Program-made: the position numbers and the translations under genes
The notes under the pieces: model-generated
Databases searched by the model: none
The model's input: the letters and a program-made list of their open reading frames with translations, nothing else
What the model was told of the DNA's origin: nothing
Source of the DNA: an uncultured Candidatus Actinomarina sp.
Lineage (GTDB): Bacteria; Actinomycetota; Acidimicrobiia; Actinomarinales; Actinomarinaceae
Assembly: GCA_902533795.1 (NCBI GenBank)
Contig: CACAND010000001.1
Span: 90,499 to 154,498 of the forward strand
Direction of reading: 5' to 3'
DNA: 64,000 nt
Part shown: piece by piece, positions 1 through 9,374 of the stretch
How the letters are laid out: the number at the start of each line of letters is the position of its first letter
How positions within the stretch are numbered: the stretch's first letter is position 1

Positions 1-78
1 TTTCTTAAATTCAGGAGTTTTAAACACATCAAACATACTTAACAATATTAAATGGATAACAAATAAACAGTAAGGACT

Positions 79-96
79 TTGTGCATTATTTCACAA
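79..96. promoter_or_regulatory. Palindromic operator TTGTGCA-TTAT-TTCACAA (Rex-like or CRP/FNR-family-like) over the -35 region of the menA-fusion promoter
   Basis: One mismatch to the Rex consensus TTGTGAA-N4-TTCACAA. A -10-like TAGTCT lies at 103-108, 7 nt before ATG 116. Confidence 0.5.
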
Positions 97-115
97 GCAT
101 ATTAGTCTTTGAACA

Positions 116-1633
116 ATGAATGATGTACTTGATAAAAAAATTGAAGATGTCTTAGATTCTGCAGACAGAATGTTTATAGCAACAAGTGTTGGTGGAAATT
201 CCTCTGGTGCATCAGTTTTCTATGCCCGTGATGGTGAGGATCTTGTATTTTTTACCTTTAACCCAACAAGAAAAGCAGAGCAAATTCGTTTGAATCCAAG
301 AGTTCACGTAGTTATATGGCCAAAAGGACAAGAAGGAATTAAAGGCCTTCAGATTGATGGTGAGTGTTACAAAATAAAAGATGAACAAGAAAAAGAAAAA
401 GCGTACGAAATGGTTTTATCTACAACTGAGGCATTCAAAGAATATATGGAAGATGACTTTTTAAAGGAAAATGACGTTGTTGGTTATTACCGCATCAAAC
501 CAACAACAATAAAATATGTAGATTTTTATCAAGAAGAACAATTTGAGTGGAGAACATACCCAGGTAATAAAACTTCAGCTGTAAAATTTACCTTTAAACT
601 AGCGTTGAAAAGAGTTGGTCTGTGGTTACGTACTGTAAGAGCCCCCTTTCTTACTGCAACTATTGCACCAATATTAATTGGTGCTTCCGTTGCCTGGAAT
701 GATCTAAAATCAGAAAATTTAAACAGTGCGTGGTCATGGAATATGTTTTGGCTTGTTCTTGGTGGGGCATGTTTGGCACAGATAGCAACGAACGCCTCAA
801 ATGATTATTTTGACCATACATCTAGTGCTGATGAAATAAATAAAGTTGCTAGTCCATTCAATGGAGGTAGTAGAGTAATTCAAGTTGGTTTAATGACTCC
901 TGGACAAGTATTAATTACAGCATTAGTAAGTATTCTTGGAACGATCGGCATAGGACTATATATTAATCAGCAGATAAGCGGTTATATATTCGGAAATACA
1001 CCTATATTATGGACGGGAATTCTTGGAACTTTTCTTGCACTAGGGTATACAGGAGATCCTGTGAGGCTTGGTTATAAAGGTTTTGGAGAAATTGCGATAG
1101 CACTCGGATTTGGTCCTGTGATGGTAATGGGAGCACACTATGTACTTACATTTCCAATGCACAATAATGATTTATCCCTATGGAACTGGGCTGAAGCATT
1201 ACTTGCTTCAATACCTATTGCACTATTAGTAATGCTTATAGTTTGGATAAATCAGTTTCAAGATGCACCCTCAGATGCAGCAGTTGGTAAAAATACCTGG
1301 GTAGTTAGAACGGCCATAAATGATGGTTGGATGAGACTTGAAAAACCATTATCTTTATACAAACAGTTTATGGTCGAAGCCTTTCTCTCTGTTGCATTAA
1401 TTGGTCTCCTAAGCTTTTTCACTGAGTTTGGAACTGTTTATGCTTTCATTGCTTTGCTGCCTTTGGCATTAGTTTGGAAAGCGTTCAAAATGGCCGATGA
1501 GTGGATGATTAAATGGAACGATCCAGATGCTGATAGGCAAAAAGTTCCTTATGAATTATTACTTGTAAACGTTTCAACTATTGGCATACACTTTTTAACT
1601 GGATTATTACTTGCTGTTGCATATCTAATTTAA
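116..1633 (+). CDS. menA: Fusion of an N-terminal pyridoxamine 5'-phosphate oxidase-like (split-barrel flavin-binding) domain and 1,4-dihydroxy-2-naphthoate polyprenyltransferase (UbiA family)
   Basis: N-terminus has TRKAEQIRLNPRV...GLQIDG (PNPOx-like). C-terminus has RAPFL, NDYFD, GGSRVIQ, YKGFGE, NQFQDAPSDAAVGKNT and many TM helices. Next to menG. Confidence 0.85.
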   Translation: MNDVLDKKIEDVLDSADRMFIATSVGGNSSGASVFYARDGEDLVFFTFNPTRKAEQIRLNPRVHVVIWPKGQEGIKGLQIDGECYKIKDEQEKEKAYEMVLSTTEAFKEYMEDDFLKENDVVGYYRIKPTTIKYVDFYQEEQFEWRTYPGNKTSAVKFTFKLALKRVGLWLRTVRAPFLTATIAPILIGASVAWNDLKSENLNSAWSWNMFWLVLGGACLAQIATNASNDYFDHTSSADEINKVASPFNGGSRVIQVGLMTPGQVLITALVSILGTIGIGLYINQQISGYIFGNTPILWTGILGTFLALGYTGDPVRLGYKGFGEIAIALGFGPVMVMGAHYVLTFPMHNNDLSLWNWAEALLASIPIALLVMLIVWINQFQDAPSDAAVGKNTWVVRTAINDGWMRLEKPLSLYKQFMVEAFLSVALIGLLSFFTEFGTVYAFIALLPLALVWKAFKMADEWMIKWNDPDADRQKVPYELLLVNVSTIGIHFLTGLLLAVAYLI

Positions 1634-2275
1634 TTGAACAAATCTGCAAACTTTTCAAACATTCACAAATTTTACGATCTTATCAATTCATTGTTAACAT
1701 TTGGATTAGATAAATCATGGCGTCGTCAAGCTGCCGCAAATCTTAAACCTGGAAATGTACTCGATCTTGGTAGTGGTACTGGAGCATCTTATGAAGATCT
1801 TAAAAGATTTGATGTTGTTGCTCTTGATCCTGATAAAAATATGCTGTCGTTAAATAAATTTGAAAACAAAGTAGTAGGTATGAGCGAAAATCTACCATTT
1901 GACAATAACTACTTTGACAATATTTTTTGTTGTTTCGTATTAAGAAATGTTGACAATATTGAAAAGACTTTTAATGAAGTTTCAAGAGTTTTAAAAAAAG
2001 ATGGAAAATTTATATTGCTAGATATGTCAAGACCTCGTAATAATATTTTGAAACAAGTTCATAAAATCGGAACTTACATCGTTTTGCATTTGATTGGACT
2101 AATAACATTTAATTTGAAAGAATATAGATTTTTACACTTTTCTTTGGATAAGCTTCCCCCTCCTGAAGAATTATTAGTTGGTATAAATTTAGAAAAAAAG
2201 ATGTTAAAAAGAATTGGTCTTTTTGGATTTGTTTACTTAGGAGTTTTTGAAAATCAGAGTTTAATTACTGATTAG
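1634..2275 (+). CDS. menG: Demethylmenaquinone methyltransferase (UbiE/MenG family)
   Basis: YDLINSLLTFGLDKSWR, SAM motif VLDLGSGTG, LRNV, RVLKKDG. Confidence 0.85.
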   Translation: MNKSANFSNIHKFYDLINSLLTFGLDKSWRRQAAANLKPGNVLDLGSGTGASYEDLKRFDVVALDPDKNMLSLNKFENKVVGMSENLPFDNNYFDNIFCCFVLRNVDNIEKTFNEVSRVLKKDGKFILLDMSRPRNNILKQVHKIGTYIVLHLIGLITFNLKEYRFLHFSLDKLPPPEELLVGINLEKKMLKRIGLFGFVYLGVFENQSLITD

Positions 2276-2867
2276 CAAGCTGAATAAGAAGAGCTCCAAC
2301 CATATCCTCTGGTAGATTTCCTGTTCTTCTGGCAAGCACATTTAGATCTTTATCTAAAAAAACCCAATAAGGAAATGCGTTAAGCCCATAAGCTTCTCCA
2401 ATTTCACGATCTAAATCATAAATTTGAGTTTCACTCCACCCCTCGCGTTGTAACCATTCTTGAGGTGGATAATTATCTCTACCTCTATCAATAGATGTAG
2501 CTACTGCAATAACATCAATTCCAGGAGGAACTCCATTGGAATCAATAAATCGTTGAACTACTGGAACTTCTCTTTGACAATGAGGACACCAATGAGCTAA
2601 AAACAGCAATGCTTTGGAGTTTCCATTTTTTTCTAATTGAAAAATCTCTGAATTTTGATCTGGTGCAGAAAATGTTGGTGCTGCGAGTCCAAGTGCTACA
2701 TTGTCATCATTTTCTCCAGCATATTGAGGAAGAAAATCTCCAACAACACTGATTTCACCTTCAGGAAGTCCAGCGGCTACTGGTTCAGAACTTAAAGTAA
2801 CACCAATTGCAATAGCAAGGCCTAGAACAAGAACAACAGCTCCAGCGATAATGAAATTTTTATTCAA
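2265..2867 (-). CDS. Membrane-anchored TlpA/thioredoxin-like thiol-disulfide oxidoreductase
   Basis: N-terminal TM helix, HWCPHC motif, cis-Pro loop AFPY. Overlaps the dsbB-like gene. Confidence 0.85.
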   Translation of the reverse strand: MNKNFIIAGAVVLVLGLAIAIGVTLSSEPVAAGLPEGEISVVGDFLPQYAGENDDNVALGLAAPTFSAPDQNSEIFQLEKNGNSKALLFLAHWCPHCQREVPVVQRFIDSNGVPPGIDVIAVATSIDRGRDNYPPQEWLQREGWSETQIYDLDREIGEAYGLNAFPYWVFLDKDLNVLARRTGNLPEDMVGALLIQLANQ

Positions 2868-3387
2868 CTAATTCCTTTCTTGCAAAATCATAGTACAGCA
2901 AAGATACAAATATCGTTAAAAATCCTGTTCCAGCCATTACGGGGATACTTATAAATCCAAAAATATCAACATATTTTAAATCACAGGGAACATCTACAGC
3001 GCAGGTTCCACCGCCTCCCCCACCATTCTGTAAAAAAATGTGATAAATGCTAACAGCTACACCAATTATACTTATATATCCAACTCTAAAAAATGGTCGC
3101 TTCACAAGTGATATGAGTAATGCAATTGCAATTGGATACATTAGGTATCTCTGATACCAACAAAATCTACATGGTATAAAACCGACTACTTCTGAATAGA
3201 CGATGCTTCCAATTGAAGAAAAGATAGCAACAGAAATTGCAAAATTTAGAAACTGGTCAGTAACAATTTTTGTAAAGGTCTTTTTAGAAAAATAAAGATA
3301 AAGTATTGCTGCAGATGATACCCACGCCACAAACGTAAGGAATCCAAAAAAAGTATTTAGTAAAATTGTAAGATTCATTAAATCCAT
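2860..3387 (-). CDS. Disulfide bond formation protein, DsbB/BdbC family
   Basis: PCRFCWYQRYLMYP, second Cys pair CAVDVPC, FGFISIP, 4-5 TM helices. Confidence 0.9.
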   Translation of the reverse strand: MDLMNLTILLNTFFGFLTFVAWVSSAAILYLYFSKKTFTKIVTDQFLNFAISVAIFSSIGSIVYSEVVGFIPCRFCWYQRYLMYPIAIALLISLVKRPFFRVGYISIIGVAVSIYHIFLQNGGGGGGTCAVDVPCDLKYVDIFGFISIPVMAGTGFLTIFVSLLYYDFARKELVE

Positions 3388-3404
3388 ATAGAAATTTTAC
3401 CCCA

Positions 3405-3439
3405 CAAAAAATGATAGGCGACATTCGTCGCCTATCATT
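3405..3439 (-). terminator. Intrinsic terminator of the rhodopsin gene
   Basis: Perfect 13-bp stem aatgataggcgac/gtcgcctatcatt (3410-3439), 4-nt loop, U-tract on the minus strand. Confidence 0.85.
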
Positions 3440-3458
3440 AAAATTTTATTCGAAAAAG

Positions 3459-4121
3459 TTACGAAACTTTTTCTCCTGACTGAACTCGAGCCATTTGTAG
3501 TACTAATACACCAAGACCGACTTTGTTAATTATGTCAGCAATTGTGTATAGAACTTCACGAATAGCATCGAAGTCTCCAACTACAGGTGCAATATATCCT
3601 AACGGATAGATTATCCAACCTACAAGGATTAAGTTCTTAATGTTTTCAAAAGCTACTGCTTGATCACCTTTAAGACCTTCTCCTTCAGCTTGAAGATTTC
3701 TCATTAGCCAGACGTAAGTTGCCATAGCAATTACAAATCCTGTCCAATATTCGTTGCTTCCTGCTGCTGATGTTTCTCCGTAGTATCCTGCACCAATCAT
3801 TACTGTTGCTGCAATTCCCCAGTTACGGACTGCCTCATTATATGCGGCACCCTTTCTTGTAACGGCTAGGACCTCTACGAACATCAAAGGAACAGTTAAG
3901 ACCCAGTCAACGTATCTTAACCCTGTATCATATGATCCACTTTCCCAAGATGCTCCCATCTTCTGATAGTGATACCATGCAATACCACAGACAAGTGCAG
4001 AAATATATACACCACGTCTATGTTCTGGTTTTACCTCTCTTGATGAAGCAAGTAAAAATACTGTTCCTGCAAGCATTCCTACAGTTGCTACCATAAAGAG
4101 ACGATATGTTAGTTCTTCCAT
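3459..4121 (-). CDS. Proton-pumping microbial rhodopsin (marine actinobacterial clade, MACR-like), DTE motif
   Basis: 7 TM helices. Helix C RYVDWVLTVPLMFVE (D, T, E, with Leu at the tuning position), helix B His (WYHY), retinal Lys in DIINKVG. SD AAGGAG upstream. Confidence 0.97.
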   Translation of the reverse strand: MEELTYRLFMVATVGMLAGTVFLLASSREVKPEHRRGVYISALVCGIAWYHYQKMGASWESGSYDTGLRYVDWVLTVPLMFVEVLAVTRKGAAYNEAVRNWGIAATVMIGAGYYGETSAAGSNEYWTGFVIAMATYVWLMRNLQAEGEGLKGDQAVAFENIKNLILVGWIIYPLGYIAPVVGDFDAIREVLYTIADIINKVGLGVLVLQMARVQSGEKVS

Positions 4122-4146
4122 TTAGAAGTACTCCTTTTTTTATTTA

Positions 4147-4176
4147 TTGTGAAACGTTCACATCACAAATGTACCA
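4147..4176 (-). promoter_or_regulatory. Rhodopsin promoter: extended -10 (TGgTACATT) and operator-like palindrome TGTGAA-N3-TTCACA at the predicted +1
   Basis: Extended -10 at 4168-4176 (minus strand), palindrome at 4148-4162. Confidence 0.45.
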
Positions 4177-4250
4177 TCCTTGTGCAATAATTTAAAATTT
4201 AAAAAAATTTTTTAGATTATTTTTGTAACTTTATTTGTAAAAAATAGTAG

Positions 4251-5726
4251 TTATGCTTTTACTTCTTGATTCCATTTTTCTAAATAAGGTTTTAGATTAA
4301 ATTTAGTGGCTGTTGATTTTGATGTCATATAACGAATTTTCCCATATATTGGCCTTTCTGGGCCCCAAGCTCTGTCATATCTTCCCAGAATCCAAAATAC
4401 ACCAGAATAAGAATTTGGGTCTCTTCCATCAAGAGCAAAACGATCATTTAGTTCAATTAAATAAGAAAGTGCAATTTGTGGGTTGGGAGTCCATTCAAGA
4501 ATTTTTTTTCCCCACAACATTCTCAAATAATTATGTATCCTTCCTTCAATTCTGAGTTGATTTTGTGCAGCATTCCAAATTTCATCATGAGTTTCTCCAT
4601 TTGTAAGCTCTGATAAATCATAGACATATTCTCTTTTATCTTTTTCATGTTCGTCTAATGTTTTTATTGCCCACTCAGGAAGAGACTGATATTGATCATA
4701 ATTAGCACGCTTTACACATGTATGATATCCAAGTTCTCGCCAAGTAATTAATTCATCAAAGAAACTTTCAAGATTTGATGAGCCACCCCACCAACCCTCT
4801 CTTCTACCAACAAAATTAGGATCAATATTTTCTACCGACCATGATTCATTGCTTATAATTTTTTCAAATACTTCAAAAGTTGAGATGTGTCCAAAATGAA
4901 AATACGGAGATAGTTGACTACTAGCATCCTCTGATGGATGACTTCTTCTCTTGGCATAATCATTGAAACCTTTTTTTGTAAAATAATCTAATCGTGATTT
5001 TGCTGCATCATAGCCACCAACTATTTCACTAATTTCGACGGATTTATCAACACTTAAGTTGTCTAAAAATTTCTGAATGTTTATTTCATTAAAATCTTCT
5101 AATTTATATTTTTGTGTCAAGGATTTCAATATTTTTGGATCAAATTGAATATTTAAATAATCCAAAGGGTTCTCAACAGGAAATTCAACTAAAAAGTCTT
5201 CAATATTTTTATGCATGAACCTTCTAAAATCATGGGCTCGAACATATTCTTTTTCTGCAATCCTAATTGGTAATATCCCATTTGAATCTACAAGTTCATA
5301 GGTTGTTTTAATATTACCTTTTGCTTCAGCGGTCATTTGAGGGACGAAATAGGTTGGGTAATCATCAGTTATCACAACAGCTGCATCCTTGGCTAAATCA
5401 AATAACAATTTATCTCCAACTCCTTTGGATTCCTCGACATATGGAAAATAAAAAGCTTTAGAATCTTTAATTTGTTTTTGAATATCCCTCATACCCTCAA
5501 TTGCAAATTTATGAAATCTAATACTTGCCATTGGATAATCAATTGCAATTGGTTCAAAGATAAGAAGGGGTTTTGATAATTTATTTGCCCATTCAATTGC
5601 GCGCTGAAGTGAAAAATTATAATTTACTCTTCTGAATGCAATCATCCAATATAAAACATAAGGAGCCTCCATATTTGGTTGCTCATCATTTAATGTAGTT
5701 ATTCTCGTAATTGGAACTTCAAGCAT
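4251..5726 (-). CDS. phr: Class II CPD DNA photolyase
   Basis: VLYWM, SQLSPYFHFGHIS, RMLWGKKILEW, DGRDPNSY, RPIYGKIRYM. Confidence 0.93.
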   Translation of the reverse strand: MLEVPITRITTLNDEQPNMEAPYVLYWMIAFRRVNYNFSLQRAIEWANKLSKPLLIFEPIAIDYPMASIRFHKFAIEGMRDIQKQIKDSKAFYFPYVEESKGVGDKLLFDLAKDAAVVITDDYPTYFVPQMTAEAKGNIKTTYELVDSNGILPIRIAEKEYVRAHDFRRFMHKNIEDFLVEFPVENPLDYLNIQFDPKILKSLTQKYKLEDFNEINIQKFLDNLSVDKSVEISEIVGGYDAAKSRLDYFTKKGFNDYAKRRSHPSEDASSQLSPYFHFGHISTFEVFEKIISNESWSVENIDPNFVGRREGWWGGSSNLESFFDELITWRELGYHTCVKRANYDQYQSLPEWAIKTLDEHEKDKREYVYDLSELTNGETHDEIWNAAQNQLRIEGRIHNYLRMLWGKKILEWTPNPQIALSYLIELNDRFALDGRDPNSYSGVFWILGRYDRAWGPERPIYGKIRYMTSKSTATKFNLKPYLEKWNQEVKA

Positions 5727-5789
5727 AGAAATATTATAAGATTGAATTCATTTTTAAATTAAATAATATATGGTTAAAATTACCTCTAT

Positions 5790-6965
5790 ATGGGAGCGAT
5801 TGATATTAAATCAGCTGGGAAAATATACCCAAATGGCACTAGAGCTTTAGAAGATGTAAGTATAACAATTAATGACGGTGAATTTGTAGTTCTTGTGGGT
5901 CCTTCAGGCTGTGGAAAAACTACATTACTTAGAATGGTTGCTGGCTTAGAAGACATAACAGAAGGTGAAATTGCAATTGGGGACAAAACAGTAAACGAAG
6001 TTGCCCCTAAAGATCGAGACATCGCAATGGTTTTCCAGAATTATGCTTTGTATCCTCATATGTCAGTTTATGACAATATGGCTTTTTCTTTAAAGCTTAG
6101 AAAATTGCCAAAAGATGAAATTGAACAAAAAGTTAAAGATGCTGCAAAAACTTTAGAAATAAGTGAACTTTTAGAAAGGAAGCCAAAAGCTTTATCTGGT
6201 GGCCAAAGACAAAGAGTAGCAATGGGAAGAGCAATTGTAAGAAACCCCCAGGCATTCTTAATGGACGAGCCTCTCTCTAATTTAGATGCAAAATTAAGAG
6301 TTCAAATGAGAGCTGAGCTAGGGCAACTCCACACTCAACTACAAACAACAACCTTATATGTTACTCATGATCAAGTTGAAGCAATGACAATGGGTGATAG
6401 AGTTGCAGTAATTAGAAAAGGTGAGCTGCAACAAATAGATACACCCCGGGAAATTTATTCAAATCCAAAAAATATATTTGTAGCAGGATTTATTGGAAGT
6501 CCGTCAATGAATTTTGTATACGCAAAAATAAAATCAAAAGACGAAGTAATGGAATTAACTTTTGGAGACAATCAAATTACATATAAAGATGAAAAAAAAG
6601 ACAAACTACAGTCATTTGAAAATAAAGAGATAATCCTTGGAATTAGGCCTGAAGCTTTTGAAGATGGTTATTTTGCAAATGAAGCTGACTATTCTGAAAG
6701 TATAAAAGTTAAAGTATCTTTACTAGAACAACTTGGATCAGACTCATATATTCACTTTTATAAAGATATAAAACCTGTTCAAACTGAAGCTATTGAAGAA
6801 ATATTAGCTGATGAGGGGGAAGATATCACTGTACTTGGAGATAATACAAAATTTATAGCTAGGATAAATCCAAACTCTACTGTTGCTGAAGGTGAAGAAG
6901 TTGAACTTAGGATTAATCCCTCAAAGCTTCATTTTTTTGATCCTGAATCTGGAGATGTAATCTAA
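5790..6965 (+). CDS. Sugar ABC transporter ATP-binding protein (MalK/MsiK/UgpC family)
   Basis: Walker A GPSGCGKT, LSGGQRQRVAMGRA, DEPLSNLDAKLR, C-terminal TOBE-like region. Confidence 0.95.
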   Translation: MGAIDIKSAGKIYPNGTRALEDVSITINDGEFVVLVGPSGCGKTTLLRMVAGLEDITEGEIAIGDKTVNEVAPKDRDIAMVFQNYALYPHMSVYDNMAFSLKLRKLPKDEIEQKVKDAAKTLEISELLERKPKALSGGQRQRVAMGRAIVRNPQAFLMDEPLSNLDAKLRVQMRAELGQLHTQLQTTTLYVTHDQVEAMTMGDRVAVIRKGELQQIDTPREIYSNPKNIFVAGFIGSPSMNFVYAKIKSKDEVMELTFGDNQITYKDEKKDKLQSFENKEIILGIRPEAFEDGYFANEADYSESIKVKVSLLEQLGSDSYIHFYKDIKPVQTEAIEEILADEGEDITVLGDNTKFIARINPNSTVAEGEEVELRINPSKLHFFDPESGDVI

Positions 6966-6998
6966 ATTATTAAATTAATAAAATTATATATTAATTAC

Positions 6999-7892
6999 TC
7001 AACTCCATAAATGTGCAGCTCCTCTTACTCCACTAGAAGAGCCATGCTTTGCTCTAACTATTGGTGTTAGAAAATAATTTGACGCTATATAAGGAATTAT
7101 TCGTTTTGGAATTTCTTCATAAATAGCATCAACTTCGGACATTCCACCGCCACATACAATAACATCAGGATCCAATATATTAACAAAAGTGCTGAATGAT
7201 CTTGCTATTCTTTCAAAGTAAATATCCATTACTTTTTCAGCATTGGAATCTCCCTCTTTAAATAAAGAAATGATATCTCTTGAGCTTTTCTTCAAATTTG
7301 TAACAAAATTATAATGATTTTCTAAGCCTGGACCAGAAATAAACACCTCAATAGCACCAACTCTTCCACAATGTCGTTTTACACTTTTTTCATACTCATC
7401 CATTGGTCCAGGAATCGGATTTTGTCCCCACTCTCCGGTTAATCTGTTTGGTCCAATAACTATTTCTTTGTCAAGCGAATATCCTGCACCAACACCTGTT
7501 CCAAGTATTACAGCAAATACACTTTTATATTCGGATCCTGCTCCATCAATTGCTTCTGATAAGGCTAAACAATCAGCATCATTTGCAATTTTTATCTCGT
7601 AACCTAATTTATTTTCTAAATCCTTTTTTACTGATTGGTTTTCAAGAGCTTTTGTGTTAGATACTTGAACTAAATTTGTTTGAGGATGGATTGAACCAGG
7701 CATTCCAATACCAACTGTAAAACTAGAACTACCATTTGAAATTTTTTTTATTAAACTAACGACCTCTAAAATAATATTTTCGTAATTATCTTTTGGTGAT
7801 TGGACACGGATTCTATTTAGTTCTTTCCCACTTTTTGGATCAATGGCAATGGCTTCGATTTTTGTTCCACCCCAATCAATACCAATTTTCAT
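6999..7892 (-). CDS. ROK-family sugar kinase (Mak/fructokinase-like)
   Basis: IGIDWGGTKIE, NDADCLALSEA, GTGVG, HGSSSGVRGAA. Confidence 0.9.
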   Translation of the reverse strand: MKIGIDWGGTKIEAIAIDPKSGKELNRIRVQSPKDNYENIILEVVSLIKKISNGSSSFTVGIGMPGSIHPQTNLVQVSNTKALENQSVKKDLENKLGYEIKIANDADCLALSEAIDGAGSEYKSVFAVILGTGVGAGYSLDKEIVIGPNRLTGEWGQNPIPGPMDEYEKSVKRHCGRVGAIEVFISGPGLENHYNFVTNLKKSSRDIISLFKEGDSNAEKVMDIYFERIARSFSTFVNILDPDVIVCGGGMSEVDAIYEEIPKRIIPYIASNYFLTPIVRAKHGSSSGVRGAAHLWS

Positions 7893-7893
7893 T

Positions 7894-8478
7894 TTATCTA
7901 CTCAATTCAAAATATAGACTATATTTACTAATGTTAGTACTTCCATTTTTATCAATAATATTTTTTTCTATCTGCCAAAAGTAAGGAGCATCCGGATATT
8001 CTTCTGCGTAATCAGTTGCAACACCTGTGAGAATTTTATCTCCATTTTTTAAATTGATTACAAAATATCTAAGATAATAGAAATATTTAATACACTCATC
8101 TATTTGTGCTTGTTTCTCAAAAGATCCCTTGATATTATTTTTAAAATTATTATCTTCATTAAGTTGAATAAGAAACTCTCCTGGCCCAAATTCATGCCAT
8201 ACTGGTCCAATGCAAAGGGTCGAATCAGAATTATAATCTTCACGAAATTTCATATCGAATATGATTTCATAATTTTTTATATTGTTTTTACTTTTTGGAA
8301 AACTCTGAACATTAATTGTTACCTGATCCCTAATTAGTTCTTTTCTTACATCTATAACTAGTTTTGTATCTATATTTTTATTTCCATCATTTGAAAAAAT
8401 TTCATATTCATATGATTTAGTAGTAGTGCAGGTTGAAATAAATAAAGTAAGAATTAAAAAGTAAAAACTAAACTTCAA
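7894..8478 (-). CDS. Hypothetical secreted protein or lipoprotein in the sugar-uptake operon
   Basis: Signal-like N-terminus ending FISTC. Coupled to both neighbours. Confidence 0.65.
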   Translation of the reverse strand: MKFSFYFLILTLFISTCTTTKSYEYEIFSNDGNKNIDTKLVIDVRKELIRDQVTINVQSFPKSKNNIKNYEIIFDMKFREDYNSDSTLCIGPVWHEFGPGEFLIQLNEDNNFKNNIKGSFEKQAQIDECIKYFYYLRYFVINLKNGDKILTGVATDYAEEYPDAPYFWQIEKNIIDKNGSTNISKYSLYFELSR

Positions 8479-9374
8479 CCCTTAACTGCTCCTCCAATTA
8501 ATCCTTTTATAAAAAATCTTTGCAAGCTAAAAAATACAATTAAAGGAACAATCATTGATATTACTGCGCCAGATGTTCTTAAATGCCATGCTTCACCATA
8601 ATTACCAACAGTTAATTGAGCCACATGAGATGTGATAACCATATTTCGTGGATTTATTCCTAAAAAAACATTGGCAACAAGGAAATCATTGTATACCCAC
8701 AAAAACTGAAAAGTTGCGAATGCTGCAATGCCGGCAATCGATAAGGGTAGTGCTAGGCGAAAAAATGTAGTCAGGTGTGATGCTCCATCCATTTTAGCTG
8801 ATTCAATAACACTTCTTGGAAGACTCATCATAAAATCTCGAAGTAAAAATGTTGCAAGTGGTAATCCAAATCCAGTATGTGCAAACCACACAGCAACAAA
8901 CGTTCCATTTATGTTCAATTCAGGAATAAGAGGAATTCCAAAAAGTATGGCTCCACTTTTCATAAGTTTGAGCAAGGGAATTAATGACATTTGTAAAGGA
9001 ACAATCATCATTGCTACTACAAAAAGAAATGCAATATCTTTACCCCGAAAATCAATGAATGCAAATGCGTATGCGGCAAATGCAGCAATCGTAATTGGAA
9101 TAATGGTAGATGGAATAGTCACTGCAAAAGAATTAAAAAATGATCTACTTAAATTTTCTGCAAATAGTATTTCTGAATAATTTTGTAATGTAAGTTCGTC
9201 TAAAATTGTTCCACTCGAAATTGAATTCCACCAAGCGTATCTTTTTACAGCTTGTTCGTCTCTGAAGGAACTGAGAACAAAACCAATATATGGGATCATC
9301 CATGTTAAGGAAATAGTAATGAGAATTATTTTTGTTACTGGTTTGTCATACCATTTTTGATTATCTAAGTTCAT
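8475..9374 (-). CDS. Carbohydrate ABC permease (AglG/MalG-like)
   Basis: EAA-like loop ESAKMDGAS, FQFLWVYND, TM helices. Confidence 0.92.
   Translation of the reverse strand: MNLDNQKWYDKPVTKIILITISLTWMIPYIGFVLSSFRDEQAVKRYAWWNSISSGTILDELTLQNYSEILFAENLSRSFFNSFAVTIPSTIIPITIAAFAAYAFAFIDFRGKDIAFLFVVAMMIVPLQMSLIPLLKLMKSGAILFGIPLIPELNINGTFVAVWFAHTGFGLPLATFLLRDFMMSLPRSVIESAKMDGASHLTTFFRLALPLSIAGIAAFATFQFLWVYNDFLVANVFLGINPRNMVITSHVAQLTVGNYGEAWHLRTSGAVISMIVPLIVFFSLQRFFIKGLIGGAVKG

Noticed and set aside
3459-4121. Sensory, sodium, chloride or heliorhodopsin
   Set aside because: The DTE motif, helix B His and DxxxK indicate an outward proton pump, and no transducer gene is adjacent.
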